A program made the position numbers and the translations under genes. Below are positions 17,099-26,850 of a stretch of 39,840 nucleotides of DNA, in pieces (the stretch's first letter is position 1; every line of letters begins with the position of its first letter). Source of the stretch: a virus (Duplodnaviria; Caudoviricetes); the IMG/VR virus record IMGVR_UViG_3300037484_000877, positions 1 to 39,840 of that record, one strand, 5' to 3'. The notes under the pieces are model-generated. The model was not told where the DNA came from. It ran no database searches and saw only the letters and a program-made list of their open reading frames with translations.

Positions 17099-18153
17099 CA
17101 GCCACCGGGCTTCACGTAGTTCATCCAAGACGGCCGGTTACCGGCCGCCCCCGCCGGCGCCGGAGCGCGCCGCGGCGGCGCCCCCGCAGGCAGCGCCTCG
17201 GGCGGAAGATTGAAGCCGGCGGCCGGATTCAGGAGCCGCTGGAGGATGGGCGACTGCTCCGGGCCGCCCGGAGGCGCCTCGACCCCTCCCCCGAATGGAA
17301 CGGCCGCGCCGCCGGTCCCGCCGGCGAACGCGTTCGGGTTGGTCTGAATCTGGGCCTGGTCCTCGGGCGTGAGCTGGTTGCCCCACTGGTCCAGGGTCTC
17401 GTAGGTGCCGGTCAGCGGGTTGAACCGTCGGTAGACGCTCGCGTTCACCACGGTGAAGTTGAGGCTCTTCGGGTCGTAGATCGTCTTCCGGATGAACCCG
17501 ACCGGCTGGGCGGTTCCGCTCTCGCGCCGGGCGAGGATGTACCCATCGGCCAGCGTCTTCGCGCGGCCGGTCTCCACGTAGGAGCGCGCCAGGTTGTCCA
17601 GGTCGCTCATGTCCCCGCCTGAGCTGCTTCGCCCCTTCGTGAGGAAGTACGTCTTGATCTCGTCGGGGGTCGCTCCAGCCTGCTTGAGGAAGTTGAGCGT
17701 CGCGGCGAGCTCCTCGGCAGTCGTCTCGCTGGGGGTGCGAGGCACCGGAGCGCGAGTCGCGCGGAGCTCCTCGGCGGCGACGCGGCGCTCGTCAAGCCCG
17801 AACTGGCGCTCCTTCATGGAGGTTTCAGCGGCCGCGGCCTGGGCTGCGCGGTCGGCGGCGTCCGTAGCGCCGAAGCCCTGGAGCAGGCCACCCCAGAAGT
17901 CGGGCTGCCGGCTCCCGGCAGTGATAGCGGCCGAAATGCCGCCGCGCGCGGGAGGCGGTGGCGCACCGGCGGGAGCCGGCTCCGGGCCCATGTCGATGGG
18001 ACCTGGCGCCAACGGATCCGCGCGTAGAACGGTCTGCGGCGCGGTCGGAGCCGGTCCGCCGATGATTTCCTTGAGACGCTTACGCTCCTCGAGACGACGG
18101 GCAATCATGTCGTCGAAGGAGCGTGTGCCGAATGGAGCGGTTCCGAAAGCCAC
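17098..18153 (-). CDS. Internal virion / ejection protein
   Basis: Low-complexity Pro/Ala/Gly protein coupled to the large ejection gene. Confidence 0.6.
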   Translation of the reverse strand: MAFGTAPFGTRSFDDMIARRLEERKRLKEIIGGPAPTAPQTVLRADPLAPGPIDMGPEPAPAGAPPPPARGGISAAITAGSRQPDFWGGLLQGFGATDAADRAAQAAAAETSMKERQFGLDERRVAAEELRATRAPVPRTPSETTAEELAATLNFLKQAGATPDEIKTYFLTKGRSSSGGDMSDLDNLARSYVETGRAKTLADGYILARRESGTAQPVGFIRKTIYDPKSLNFTVVNASVYRRFNPLTGTYETLDQWGNQLTPEDQAQIQTNPNAFAGGTGGAAVPFGGGVEAPPGGPEQSPILQRLLNPAAGFNLPPEALPAGAPPRRAPAPAGAAGNRPSWMNYVKPGG

Positions 18154-18162
18154 GTCACCCTC

Positions 18163-18654
18163 CTAGAACGGCAAGAACTTGTCCACGGCACGCTTCCCGA
18201 CGTAGCCCGCGATTCCACCGATGGTGCCACCGATCCCGCCCTTGTTCCGCTTCTCCTCTTCCCTCTTGTACCGCTCTTCCTGCCGCCTGCGAAGGAGCGA
18301 ATCGAAGAGGTCGAGCCCACGGCCTGCCACTCCAGCGGTCGTCTGACCGAGGGATTCGCCGAGGGCCCCGTAAGCCTCCTGGCCGAGGATGCGGTCCATG
18401 CGAGCCCCGACTCCTGAGTTACCGGCGGCGGGATTCGTCGCGAGGTAGGCGCGCGCCTTCCGGTACTGAGGATTCATCTGCCGGCTGATGGCGGAATACG
18501 CCGGCTGATAGAGCTGCGGCAGCGCCTTCGTGGCGGCCGCGTTGTACTCGTCCATCACGCTCGCAGGGTTCGACTGCTTGGCGGTGGTGTAGGCCTTCTT
18601 CACCATCCCACCGATGCCACCCTTCGGATTCCAAGTATCGAAACTCGAAGCCAT
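18163..18654 (-). CDS. Small internal virion / ejection protein
   Basis: Helical with C-terminal GGIGGTIGGIAG glycine zipper; AAGGAGG RBS. Confidence 0.6.
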   Translation of the reverse strand: MASSFDTWNPKGGIGGMVKKAYTTAKQSNPASVMDEYNAAATKALPQLYQPAYSAISRQMNPQYRKARAYLATNPAAGNSGVGARMDRILGQEAYGALGESLGQTTAGVAGRGLDLFDSLLRRRQEERYKREEEKRNKGGIGGTIGGIAGYVGKRAVDKFLPF

Positions 18655-18665
18655 CCTTGGCCTCC

Positions 18666-18962
18666 TTACGTCAGCACGATCTCGGCCTGAGTGCCGGACG
18701 CGTCGCAGTATAGGGTCACGTGGGTCCGCGTCGCAAACGGGTAGATGTCGTAGACCTTCCCGGGCGGGCCCAGCGTGGCGTCTCTCCGCTTCGGCCCTTC
18801 CACGTATCGGCTCGGGACTTTCCCTAGGTTGTGGGGAAACGTGTGAGGGACGTTTGCGGCCGAGAAGACGCAGTGGATGATGTGATCCTGAGCCTTCGCC
18901 TTCGGCTTACCGAAGTCTCGGCCCGAAAACGAGACGGACCGCATGACGATTTTCTTCGACAT
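18666..18962 (-). CDS. Small tail-associated protein
   Basis: HNLGKVP motif typical of small tail beta domains; directly after the nozzle gene. Confidence 0.55.
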   Translation of the reverse strand: MSKKIVMRSVSFSGRDFGKPKAKAQDHIIHCVFSAANVPHTFPHNLGKVPSRYVEGPKRRDATLGPPGKVYDIYPFATRTHVTLYCDASGTQAEIVLT

Positions 18963-18981
18963 GACCGGCGCTTGGCCGGAA

Positions 18982-21399
18982 TCAACCAGTCGGCGGAACA
19001 CCGAGCATCTTCCCTTCGAGGTAGCACGCCACGAGGCGCTGGTCCTGAGGAGTACCGCCCATGACCGTCGTGGCCTTGAACCGCACTGCGATGTCCTGGG
19101 TGCCCGATGGCAGGTCGGTGCAGTTGGCGACGATGAGCTCGTAGTCGCTTCCAACCTTGGGAGTCGGAGTTCCGAACGACGTAGGACCCTTGAAGATCGG
19201 CGTGTGGCCCGGGACGTTCGAGACTACCGGATTCGCCCAGCCGGAGTCGCGCTGGAAGTAGGCAGCAAAACGATCAGGTGCGAAGCCGCGGAAACCGCTC
19301 GGACCGAAGTGGACGTCTCCGATGCAGTCATACCCAACCGCGTCGTCCCCAGTGGTGTACTCCCCAACCCGCGGAGTGCGATCGGCGACCGCAGGATCCG
19401 TGTTGCCGTAGAACGGGTGGAGCACGCCGGCGTCCGCATGGCCGAGGGGCGCCAGCGCAGTCGTGAGCGGTGAGAAGGAGATCGTCGACCTGTTCCAGGT
19501 GCCCTTGTAGATGTCGTACCGCCACCGTCCGTTCGCCACCGGAGTTCCGTTCTGGTCGATGAGCTGGATTTCATAGAGTCCATCGTGCATGAACGCGCGG
19601 GACCGCCCGTGCCTCTCGATCGTCATCTTCCCGAAAGTCTCGGTCTGGTCGTCGCTGATCCGCTTGATGTCTCCGTCCCCGAGCATCCGATACATGCCGT
19701 CCGAAGACGCCCAGATGATGACTCCGTAGCCATAGGCGGCGGCATCAGGAGCGATGGAGCCGCGTCCGCCTGGGACGTCCACGATGTTCGGGACCGCCTC
19801 GTCGAGGTCTGAGGCGGCGCGCATGGCGTTCTCGGACCAGACGATCCACGCGTCGAAGGCTACAGCCTCTCCGGTGATCGGCCCGCCACCGGTGTCGGAG
19901 AGGTCCAGATAGCTTTCGCGCTGGTTGACGGACTCTCCGTGTCCCGGCTCGCTCCACCAGCCGCGCGCAGGGTATTCGTCGTTCGAGGCGTAGAAGACGC
20001 GGCCTCGGAACGCCCGAATGAATCGGCAGCGCTTGGGGGGCGTGTAGTCCTCGAGGTCGAGCGGCTCCGCCGGGAACGGCTCCTCGTAGGTGGAATCGTT
20101 CTCCGTGGCCTGCGTCGTCGTCGGGGTCAGGCAGTTGATTTCCGCGACCTTGTACATCGGGGCGTTCGCGCGAAACGATACCGGAACCGTGGTCAGGTCC
20201 TTCGTCCGGTACAGGTTCACATGCGCGACCTGGCTCGGCACTCCTACTCCGGCGTTCACGATGAGCGCGGCGTACTGATTCGCGGCGAAGGCGAGTGGGC
20301 CGGTCGTCGACATCTCGTGGGCTGACTCACCCCACGATCCTCCGGGTCCATAGGAGAAGGTGACCGCATAGTCGAAGACGCAGGCCCGGCCGAAGTTCGC
20401 CGGCTCGCCGGCATCCGGGTTTGGACCGACCACGGCGGCGATGGTGAGATTGCAACCGACCGGAGCCGCCAGACCGAGGTCGTCGGCGCGGTCGTTGTTG
20501 TAGCGCTTGTTCTCCTTGCCGTTCACGAAGAGGAGGCGATTCTGGAACGTCGCGAAGCGATAGACAGGGTTGGCGCCGCTGAAGAGCGTGGTCGCCCCAA
20601 CGAACGCGTCACTCCACGCCGCGGCGCCCCCTGAGGTCTGACCGTAGAAGCGGAGTTTCCCGTTGTTGGCTGCGGCAGCACCGTCAGTAGCGGCCCCGAA
20701 GAGCATTCTCCGGCCGCGCCAGTCGGAGAGAATCTGGGCGTTGAGGATCCACGCGTCCTGGTCTGCTACGCCGATGGTAGTGATGCGGCAACGGACCCAG
20801 TAGAGATAGATGTTGTGGACCGCCACCGGAGCCCACGCGGTAGGTACCGCCCAGGCGATGTCCTTCAATCCGGCAGTGTAGAAGTTCTCCGTGGCTCCGC
20901 TCAGGGCTAACCACGCGGCGCCGTTCCAGTACTCCCACGTGACACCGTAGGTGCTCCCACCGGTGCTCGTTCCGCGCGTGAGATTGATGAGGAGACGGGA
21001 AAACTTCCCGATGCTGCCGAAGTACCACGCGATGTCCGTGTCGTTGACGCCCAGCACTGGCACGGCCGCAGCGATGTTCGCAACCGGCCCGAAGAGCCGA
21101 GCGTTCGGAAACAGCGCGATGTCCGTCGTGAAGCTGATCCCGTCGGCGGCGACCCCCTGGATGCAGCCATGGGTCTGGTGGTGCTCGTGAAGCCCAGCGA
21201 TGATTCCCGCGGTGTCAATCGCTCCCGAAGTCCCGCCGGATGGCTTCAGGGTCTCGTAGCCGCCTCGAGCCTCGCAGTGGCCGCCGGAGCGGACGCGCAT
21301 GTTCTGGAGGTTCTTCAGCCATCCCGGGTCGCGGTTGAAGAGCGGGATGTTCCCGTCGACCTGACCGAAGAACTGCTCTGCCTTGAGGACGTCGGCCAC
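18982..21399 (-). CDS. Tail nozzle / DNA stabilisation protein (P22 gp10 / T7 gp12-like)
   Basis: ~805 aa beta-rich; LQNMRV near the N-terminus, FQNRLLFVNG, FRGRVFYA...WWSE propeller-like blades; follows the adaptor; GTG 21399 with GGAGAG. Confidence 0.75.
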   Translation of the reverse strand: MADVLKAEQFFGQVDGNIPLFNRDPGWLKNLQNMRVRSGGHCEARGGYETLKPSGGTSGAIDTAGIIAGLHEHHQTHGCIQGVAADGISFTTDIALFPNARLFGPVANIAAAVPVLGVNDTDIAWYFGSIGKFSRLLINLTRGTSTGGSTYGVTWEYWNGAAWLALSGATENFYTAGLKDIAWAVPTAWAPVAVHNIYLYWVRCRITTIGVADQDAWILNAQILSDWRGRRMLFGAATDGAAAANNGKLRFYGQTSGGAAAWSDAFVGATTLFSGANPVYRFATFQNRLLFVNGKENKRYNNDRADDLGLAAPVGCNLTIAAVVGPNPDAGEPANFGRACVFDYAVTFSYGPGGSWGESAHEMSTTGPLAFAANQYAALIVNAGVGVPSQVAHVNLYRTKDLTTVPVSFRANAPMYKVAEINCLTPTTTQATENDSTYEEPFPAEPLDLEDYTPPKRCRFIRAFRGRVFYASNDEYPARGWWSEPGHGESVNQRESYLDLSDTGGGPITGEAVAFDAWIVWSENAMRAASDLDEAVPNIVDVPGGRGSIAPDAAAYGYGVIIWASSDGMYRMLGDGDIKRISDDQTETFGKMTIERHGRSRAFMHDGLYEIQLIDQNGTPVANGRWRYDIYKGTWNRSTISFSPLTTALAPLGHADAGVLHPFYGNTDPAVADRTPRVGEYTTGDDAVGYDCIGDVHFGPSGFRGFAPDRFAAYFQRDSGWANPVVSNVPGHTPIFKGPTSFGTPTPKVGSDYELIVANCTDLPSGTQDIAVRFKATTVMGGTPQDQRLVACYLEGKMLGVPPTG

Positions 21400-21400
21400 A

Positions 21401-22078
21401 CTACTCTCCGTAGCTCGGCTGGTCGTAACCGCCGGTGTCGCGCCGCTGCATCGGGTAGTCATTCTGAAGAGGGTTGATGAAGTTGTTCGCCTCGAGGATC
21501 CAACCCTTCCACGCATCCCGCTGGTCACGGAAGAGATCCACGAAGTCCTTGCCGAGCCGGCGGTAGACCATCATCAGGGCGTAGTCGATCACCGCGTCCT
21601 GCCAGCTCTCGATGACCTCCGGGTTCACCATCGTCCCCTGGCTCGAATGGACCATCTTCAGCGGTGCCTTGCGGTACCGAAGAACCAGGTCCTCGGCGAC
21701 CCCAACGCGCGGGATCGGATTGAGTCCGATCGTGTAGACGTGGACTCCATTCTGGGTGCCTCCCCAGATGTAGTAGAAGGCGGGGATTCCGCCGCTCTTG
21801 TTGGGGTCTCGGTCTCCGACGTTCATCGGGAAGAGGCGGCGCTTCGTCACGCCGAGGAATACGCACTCAGTCTTGATGTAGTCGGTCGGGACGTTGTACT
21901 CCTCCCGGTCCGCTACGGTGTCGATGAACGCGCACGTGAGGAGCACGTTTCCGGCTCGGCAGAGCTGGCGCTGGCCGCGGTTCGCGAAGGAGGTGACCTG
22001 GATGGGAGAGATCCGGGCGTTGGTTGGATCCTCGCCCCACTGATTGTAGACCTCGGTTACGACCTCGTCAGTTGTCAC
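21401..22078 (-). CDS. Head-tail adaptor protein
   Basis: FANRGQRQLCR helix, EYNVPTDY beta domain, PEVIESWQDAVIDYA helix; position before the nozzle. Confidence 0.8.
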   Translation of the reverse strand: MTTDEVVTEVYNQWGEDPTNARISPIQVTSFANRGQRQLCRAGNVLLTCAFIDTVADREEYNVPTDYIKTECVFLGVTKRRLFPMNVGDRDPNKSGGIPAFYYIWGGTQNGVHVYTIGLNPIPRVGVAEDLVLRYRKAPLKMVHSSQGTMVNPEVIESWQDAVIDYALMMVYRRLGKDFVDLFRDQRDAWKGWILEANNFINPLQNDYPMQRRDTGGYDQPSYGE

Positions 22079-22305
22079 GCGTACTCACCCCCTCCCTGGG
22101 GTTTCTTGCGCCGGTTCTTCTGGCGCTGCGCTAGAAGGATGTCAATGTCCTCCCAGTATATGCCCGGAGTGATCTCCGGCGACACACCCGGCTCGGGCTT
22201 CTTAGGATTGAGGCGCCTCATCCCCTCTAGCGCCTGGCGCTTCGCCTTCCGGAGCTCATCGTCTCCGCTAGGCCGCCCCTCGTACCTGCGCCGCGGCTCA
22301 GGCAT
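22075..22305 (-). CDS. Small basic hypothetical protein
   Basis: ATG 22305 overlapping the upstream gene end; GTGA coupling downstream. Confidence 0.5.
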   Translation of the reverse strand: MPEPRRRYEGRPSGDDELRKAKRQALEGMRRLNPKKPEPGVSPEITPGIYWEDIDILLAQRQKNRRKKPQGGGEYA

Positions 22306-23962
22306 TGACCGCAATCGGGCTGGCCTGATGCCAGTTCGCACCGACCCTAACGAATCGGACGACGTCGTCGGTCGTCCCAACGATGTTTGCAGCGCCGACA
22401 GTCTTCATGTTCGCTCCCGCAACGATGGTCGTGTTGTTGTCGCCAAAGACCACCGTGATCTCCTGGCCGTCGACGGAGTCATCGAATGCCGTGATCGAGG
22501 TAGCGCCAGTGTTGGCCGTCAGGAAGACGCGAGAGCCGGCCACCGATGGAGTCGTATCCGTGTCGGTGAAAGTGACCGGAGCCCCCTCGACGTGAACACG
22601 ACCAGCATAGTCCGGCCAGGACACGGAGCGAAGCGCGGACATCGGAGTGAGGTCGAACCCGAGTCGATCTAGGTTCGCGGCGCTTTGGAAGACCGCGTAG
22701 GTCGCCGTGCCGTCCATCTTGATCTTGCAGGCGGTCGTAAGGCGCTTCGATAGAAGGTCTTGGGCAAGATTCGTGTAGACGAAGAAGTCGCCGGTTGCGG
22801 GGTTACCGAGCCGAAGCACGACTGTCCCGGTGAGATCGTTCACGTGGACGTATGCGCGAATCGCGGTACCGGGCTTCTTCCAGTTGAACCCGTGAGGAGT
22901 GATCGTGCTAGTGCTTGCCACGAATCCAAGAATGGTGGCGTTGCCGCTCTCGTAGCCCTCGAAATCTTTCGGGCCCCGGATGATCTCGATCGTGCCGCCT
23001 GGGGTAGCCGCCGCGTCGTAGGTGCCTCGCCCGCAGGCGAGCACGTATCCGTTGGCTTCGCTGATCGCGCTGTTGTAGTGGTCTCCCGGGGTGAATACGG
23101 CGACTCGGCCGGACTGGCTGCTTCCAGTGTTCACCCTGTCCAGTACGACCTCGTTGTCGTCCACGATGCTCGATACCACAGCCCCCCAGACGGCAGTGGT
23201 CATAACGTCGAACCGGACGAAATCTCCCTGTTTGACACCGGCGAACTGTGCTCCGGTCGTGGTGAGATGGTCGGAGCCGTTCGCGATCGAGCAGCCTGTG
23301 GCGCGAATCGCCTTGATATGGAAAAGCGAATTGTGCTCCACGGCGGATGGGGTGCTGGACCATGCTGGGATCCCTCCTACCACACTCAGCACTTGCCCAG
23401 CGTCCCCGATCGGAATCCTCGCCCACTTCGGAGTGGCGTTACCGTGGATGAGGTCCCCGACCGCAACGGCCCCGGCCAGCGTGTCAGAGTGGTTCGACCC
23501 GTCGAGCAGGGCGTTCGTAAGGACCAGTGCTTCCCAAGACGGCTGGGAGCCGGCACCGTTCGACCGAAGGAATCGTCCGGCGGATCCGAGGTCGATGGGT
23601 AGAGGAAGGACTCCGGACCAGTCAGGCATCGACACGACCCGCTCGATTGCGCTCGTCAGGTCCGCCAGGTCCCAGTGCACGATCTTCGTCGGGTCGACCC
23701 CATCGGCCATGTGAAACCTGGAGATGACGAGACCCATGTCTGCGTAGCGAACGAGCGTCACTCCCGCAGCAGGATGAGCGGCCCCCCACCCAGTAGTTCC
23801 TAGGATGAGGGCGTCGAGACCAGGCCCCATGTGAACGGCGCCACCGATCGCGACCGCGTAGAGCTTCGCTCCGTCCAGGCCTGCCTGGTCCCCGATCTCC
23901 GGAGACGGCTCCAGGTCACCCTTCTTCAACTTCAGGATCGCGCCAGCACCACCGAGCGGCAT
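22298..23962 (-). CDS. Tail fibre / spike-like protein
   Basis: GSAGRFLRSNG...PSW and GDAGQVLSVVGGIPAWS fibre repeats; beta-rich; TGATG coupling at 23962. Confidence 0.7.
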   Translation of the reverse strand: MPLGGAGAILKLKKGDLEPSPEIGDQAGLDGAKLYAVAIGGAVHMGPGLDALILGTTGWGAAHPAAGVTLVRYADMGLVISRFHMADGVDPTKIVHWDLADLTSAIERVVSMPDWSGVLPLPIDLGSAGRFLRSNGAGSQPSWEALVLTNALLDGSNHSDTLAGAVAVGDLIHGNATPKWARIPIGDAGQVLSVVGGIPAWSSTPSAVEHNSLFHIKAIRATGCSIANGSDHLTTTGAQFAGVKQGDFVRFDVMTTAVWGAVVSSIVDDNEVVLDRVNTGSSQSGRVAVFTPGDHYNSAISEANGYVLACGRGTYDAAATPGGTIEIIRGPKDFEGYESGNATILGFVASTSTITPHGFNWKKPGTAIRAYVHVNDLTGTVVLRLGNPATGDFFVYTNLAQDLLSKRLTTACKIKMDGTATYAVFQSAANLDRLGFDLTPMSALRSVSWPDYAGRVHVEGAPVTFTDTDTTPSVAGSRVFLTANTGATSITAFDDSVDGQEITVVFGDNNTTIVAGANMKTVGAANIVGTTDDVVRFVRVGANWHQASPIAVNA

Positions 23963-24168
23963 CAGAGCTCCTCCTTCGTCCACGTAGAGACCGGAACGTC
24001 ACACTTCGTGGAAGGGCTGATCGGAATCTCGCACGGAGTGTACGTCGAGACCGGTACTGATGGCGTGCTCCACTGCGCTGCGATGGGCCACATGCTCACC
24101 CCGAAGAGAGTGAAAGTCCCGGGAGCAGCCGGGATAGCGAGAGGGGTCCAGACCGACACTGGGCTCAT
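23962..24168 (-). CDS. Small virion-associated hypothetical protein
   Basis: Coupled at both ends; S/T-x-W repeats. Confidence 0.55.
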   Translation of the reverse strand: MSPVSVWTPLAIPAAPGTFTLFGVSMWPIAAQWSTPSVPVSTYTPCEIPISPSTKCDVPVSTWTKEEL

Positions 24169-25478
24169 ACTTCACACTTCTCCCACTCGCCGGGGATTCC
24201 GCCGAAGCTGAGAACGATCGGAACAGTGACGATCGTGTAGAAGTCGCCCCCAAGTGCTACTGGAGAGCCATTACGCATGTCCCTACCAGGGACCGTGAAC
24301 GACTTCACTCGAGACGGATGACTTTCCTGGTAACCAGGCATGGACCTCAGGTTGACCGAGATCGTGAAAGTTCGGTCCCTGAAGATCTGCACTCCTCCAC
24401 TGGTGCCCCACGATCTAGCCACGAGGGTGTTGTCATCCCCAGTGTTCAGGAAGTCTGTCCAGACGTAGTCGCCTTCGATGTTGGAGTAGAGCGGAGACCC
24501 GCCCCACGGGTCGTACAGTCCCCCGTAATCTTGTCCGTCAGACACGATCTGGGCCGGCACGTTTGATAGTGGATTCCCGAAGCGGTCCATTACTCGGAAG
24601 TGGAACTCCTCAGACTCATAGACGGCGAGGCCACCGTTGGGGTCGATGTTCGCAGACGCAAGTTCGATGTGAGCGACCGATGAGTCTGCCCACTTGATCC
24701 TGGATGGGCGCCACGCTGGTGCGCCGCCGATCGCCCTAATCTGTGCCTGGGTTGGAGAACCGATCAGCGAGAGTCCCTTCGGCTTCTTCAATGCTGAGGC
24801 GCTCTGGAAGAACGACGCCGGAGAGCCGCTGATAGCCAGCACCACATTGTCGGAGTCCTTGGGTGACAGACTGGTCACGGTCGTACCGAGCCCGAACAGG
24901 TTGTTGTAGAGCTTAACCCCGGTACCCTGGACGCCCATCACTCCGGAGTTGCCCTGGAACTCGCAGCCGGCGGCCTCGATCTCGTTGTTGGCCGCGGCGT
25001 CGGAGATCTGCACCGAACCGTCGCTCTCGTACTTCCCTCCGTACAGGTTCGCGTTCTGCTGAATGACGATGTTCGCGGCCTGGTACCAGTTCACTCCGCG
25101 CGCGCCGGAGATCCTCTTTCCGGTGCCGATCTTGATGCCGTGATTGAGGAATACGTTCGGAACGGCACCCTGAGTGCGGATCGTCAGCGTCTTGCCCGGA
25201 GCGAGGAAGATGTACTTGGAGGTGAGTTCGGTCCAGGTGGTGTCGTTGAAGGGGTCCACCCCAGCCTTACCACCGATGACCGTGTTCTGGAGGATGAACC
25301 AGACAAGGCCAGCCTTCGTGAGCACACCACCGAAGTTCGGCTGTCCACAGACCAGGGGAAAGGCGGTGGAAAACTCGGCTAGGTTCTGTGGAGTGCCTGG
25401 AACGTGCGGATCGGCGCCACCGAAGTTCTGGTTGTCATCGAACCAGAAGTATGTGACCCCGTCCGTGTAGTAGCCCAT
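24165..25478 (-). CDS. Structural protein, beta-helix-like plus Ig-like C-terminal domain
   Basis: Asn/Gly/Ile-rich beta repeats; FRVMDRFGNPLSNVPAQI strand motif. Confidence 0.55.
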   Translation of the reverse strand: MGYYTDGVTYFWFDDNQNFGGADPHVPGTPQNLAEFSTAFPLVCGQPNFGGVLTKAGLVWFILQNTVIGGKAGVDPFNDTTWTELTSKYIFLAPGKTLTIRTQGAVPNVFLNHGIKIGTGKRISGARGVNWYQAANIVIQQNANLYGGKYESDGSVQISDAAANNEIEAAGCEFQGNSGVMGVQGTGVKLYNNLFGLGTTVTSLSPKDSDNVVLAISGSPASFFQSASALKKPKGLSLIGSPTQAQIRAIGGAPAWRPSRIKWADSSVAHIELASANIDPNGGLAVYESEEFHFRVMDRFGNPLSNVPAQIVSDGQDYGGLYDPWGGSPLYSNIEGDYVWTDFLNTGDDNTLVARSWGTSGGVQIFRDRTFTISVNLRSMPGYQESHPSRVKSFTVPGRDMRNGSPVALGGDFYTIVTVPIVLSFGGIPGEWEKCEV

Positions 25479-25479
25479 C

Positions 25480-25701
25480 TCACACCGAATTGGGGAGTGT
25501 GGGAGCTCTCGCCTTGATGTTCTGAAGCGCAGCGTTGATGTCGTCGTTCAGCTTGTCCACCAACTGTTGCGGCAGATTCGCCTTCGGAATCGAGTAGTCG
25601 ATCCCCACCACCTCGAACGACGTCTTCGAGTTCTGGAAAAGCACGGCCAGAGCTACGTCGCAGCTGTCCTTGATCGACTGGAGTTCGCTCTTGAGAGACA
25701 T
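25480..25701 (-). CDS. Hypothetical protein
   Basis: Tightly packed ORF in the late operon. Confidence 0.65.
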   Translation of the reverse strand: MSLKSELQSIKDSCDVALAVLFQNSKTSFEVVGIDYSIPKANLPQQLVDKLNDDINAALQNIKARAPTLPNSV

Positions 25702-25703
25702 GG

Positions 25704-25964
25704 CTAGAGCGCCACGTAGGCTTCAGCGCCTGCACCGGTGATGGTGGCGTGGCAGTCGGTGGAAAACTTCTCACCGCCAGGAACCGGAACAACCATCGAC
25801 GGTCCGTTAGCGCCGGCCGAGAGTGACACCTTAATCGTGCCGCCGGCGCCGTTGTCCCGAATCACGAGCGTCGACGCCGCGGCCGCAGGCGTCAGGATGT
25901 ACATGACCGCGCGGCACGGTGTCGCTCGCACCGTGCCGGTCGCGGTAATTCGAGTGAGAGCCAC
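25704..25964 (-). CDS. Small beta-rich virion protein
   Basis: GGAGGGAG RBS; beta-strand pattern. Confidence 0.65.
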   Translation of the reverse strand: MALTRITATGTVRATPCRAVMYILTPAAAASTLVIRDNGAGGTIKVSLSAGANGPSMVVPVPGGEKFSTDCHATITGAGAEAYVAL

Positions 25965-25976
25965 GACTCCCTCCGA

Positions 25977-26438
25977 TCAGCAGAAGACGGCTTCGAGGAT
26001 CCCGTAGGTGTTTCCCACGATGTCCGTGCCGACGGCCGCCGTCAGAACCTTGTCGATCTTCACCGTCGTCCCACTGACCGACGTAACGACTGCTTCGGCC
26101 GGAACGCCAGTGCCGGCGACCGTCTGGCCGATGACCGCTCCAGTGGCCGTGAAAGTGCTCGATCCGGCCGCTCCGCCGGCTTCGCCGGTGAGAGCGTTGT
26201 CCGCGACCGCAGCCGCGAGAGTGACGACTCCGGTCTCGATGTTCTTCGTTACCGTGACCGCGGTCCCGCCGGCGACCGTCGAGGCGTCCATGAAGCGGAG
26301 CAGTACCCTCCGTAGGTCACGCCCCGTTGCGAGCTGCACCGTACCGGTCTGGACTGCGTTGAAGAAGCACGCGTGGTACTCGGCGTAGGTCCCATCACCA
26401 CGGACGCCGGACTTGATTCGCTTCGAGCTAAACGCCAT
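25977..26438 (-). CDS. Putative capsid decoration / head fibre protein
   Basis: AGGAGG RBS before ATG 26438; Thr/Ala/Gly-rich, GQTVAGTGVPA motif. Confidence 0.6.
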   Translation of the reverse strand: MAFSSKRIKSGVRGDGTYAEYHACFFNAVQTGTVQLATGRDLRRVLLRFMDASTVAGGTAVTVTKNIETGVVTLAAAVADNALTGEAGGAAGSSTFTATGAVIGQTVAGTGVPAEAVVTSVSGTTVKIDKVLTAAVGTDIVGNTYGILEAVFC

Positions 26439-26850
26439 TTCGCTCCTCCTTGAGCGTGATCCGCTCGCCATCCCTGTAGACGTAGCGGCAGCGGGTGAAG
26501 CCATCCCTCTTCATCCCGCCGAATCCCGACATCCTGAAGCTAGGTTTCGAAGCGACCTTGCCGAATCCCATGCTCCTGTAGTTCTCAACCAGGAATCCCG
26601 GGACCTCCACCATCTTTCCGTCGGGAGACGGGAGCAGCTCCGACCCGCCCTTCTTTCGGAAGTTTTCGGCCTGGTGCATCGACCGAAGGCTTGACTCCTT
26701 GAACACGCCCCTTAGCGCGTGCACGTCCTTTCCGCTTGCCCTTACCTCGACCTGCTCCTGCCACTCCGGGGGCTCGTACTCGAGGGGCATCCCCGTGTCC
26801 GGATCCAGCTTGTGCCGGAGTTCCTTTCCCAGCGACTTCACTTCCAGCAA
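26428..26850 (-). CDS. Hypothetical protein
   Basis: TTG start with GAGGAGG RBS; overlaps the 3' end of the upstream ORF. Confidence 0.6.
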   Translation of the reverse strand: MLEVKSLGKELRHKLDPDTGMPLEYEPPEWQEQVEVRASGKDVHALRGVFKESSLRSMHQAENFRKKGGSELLPSPDGKMVEVPGFLVENYRSMGFGKVASKPSFRMSGFGGMKRDGFTRCRYVYRDGERITLKEERNGV

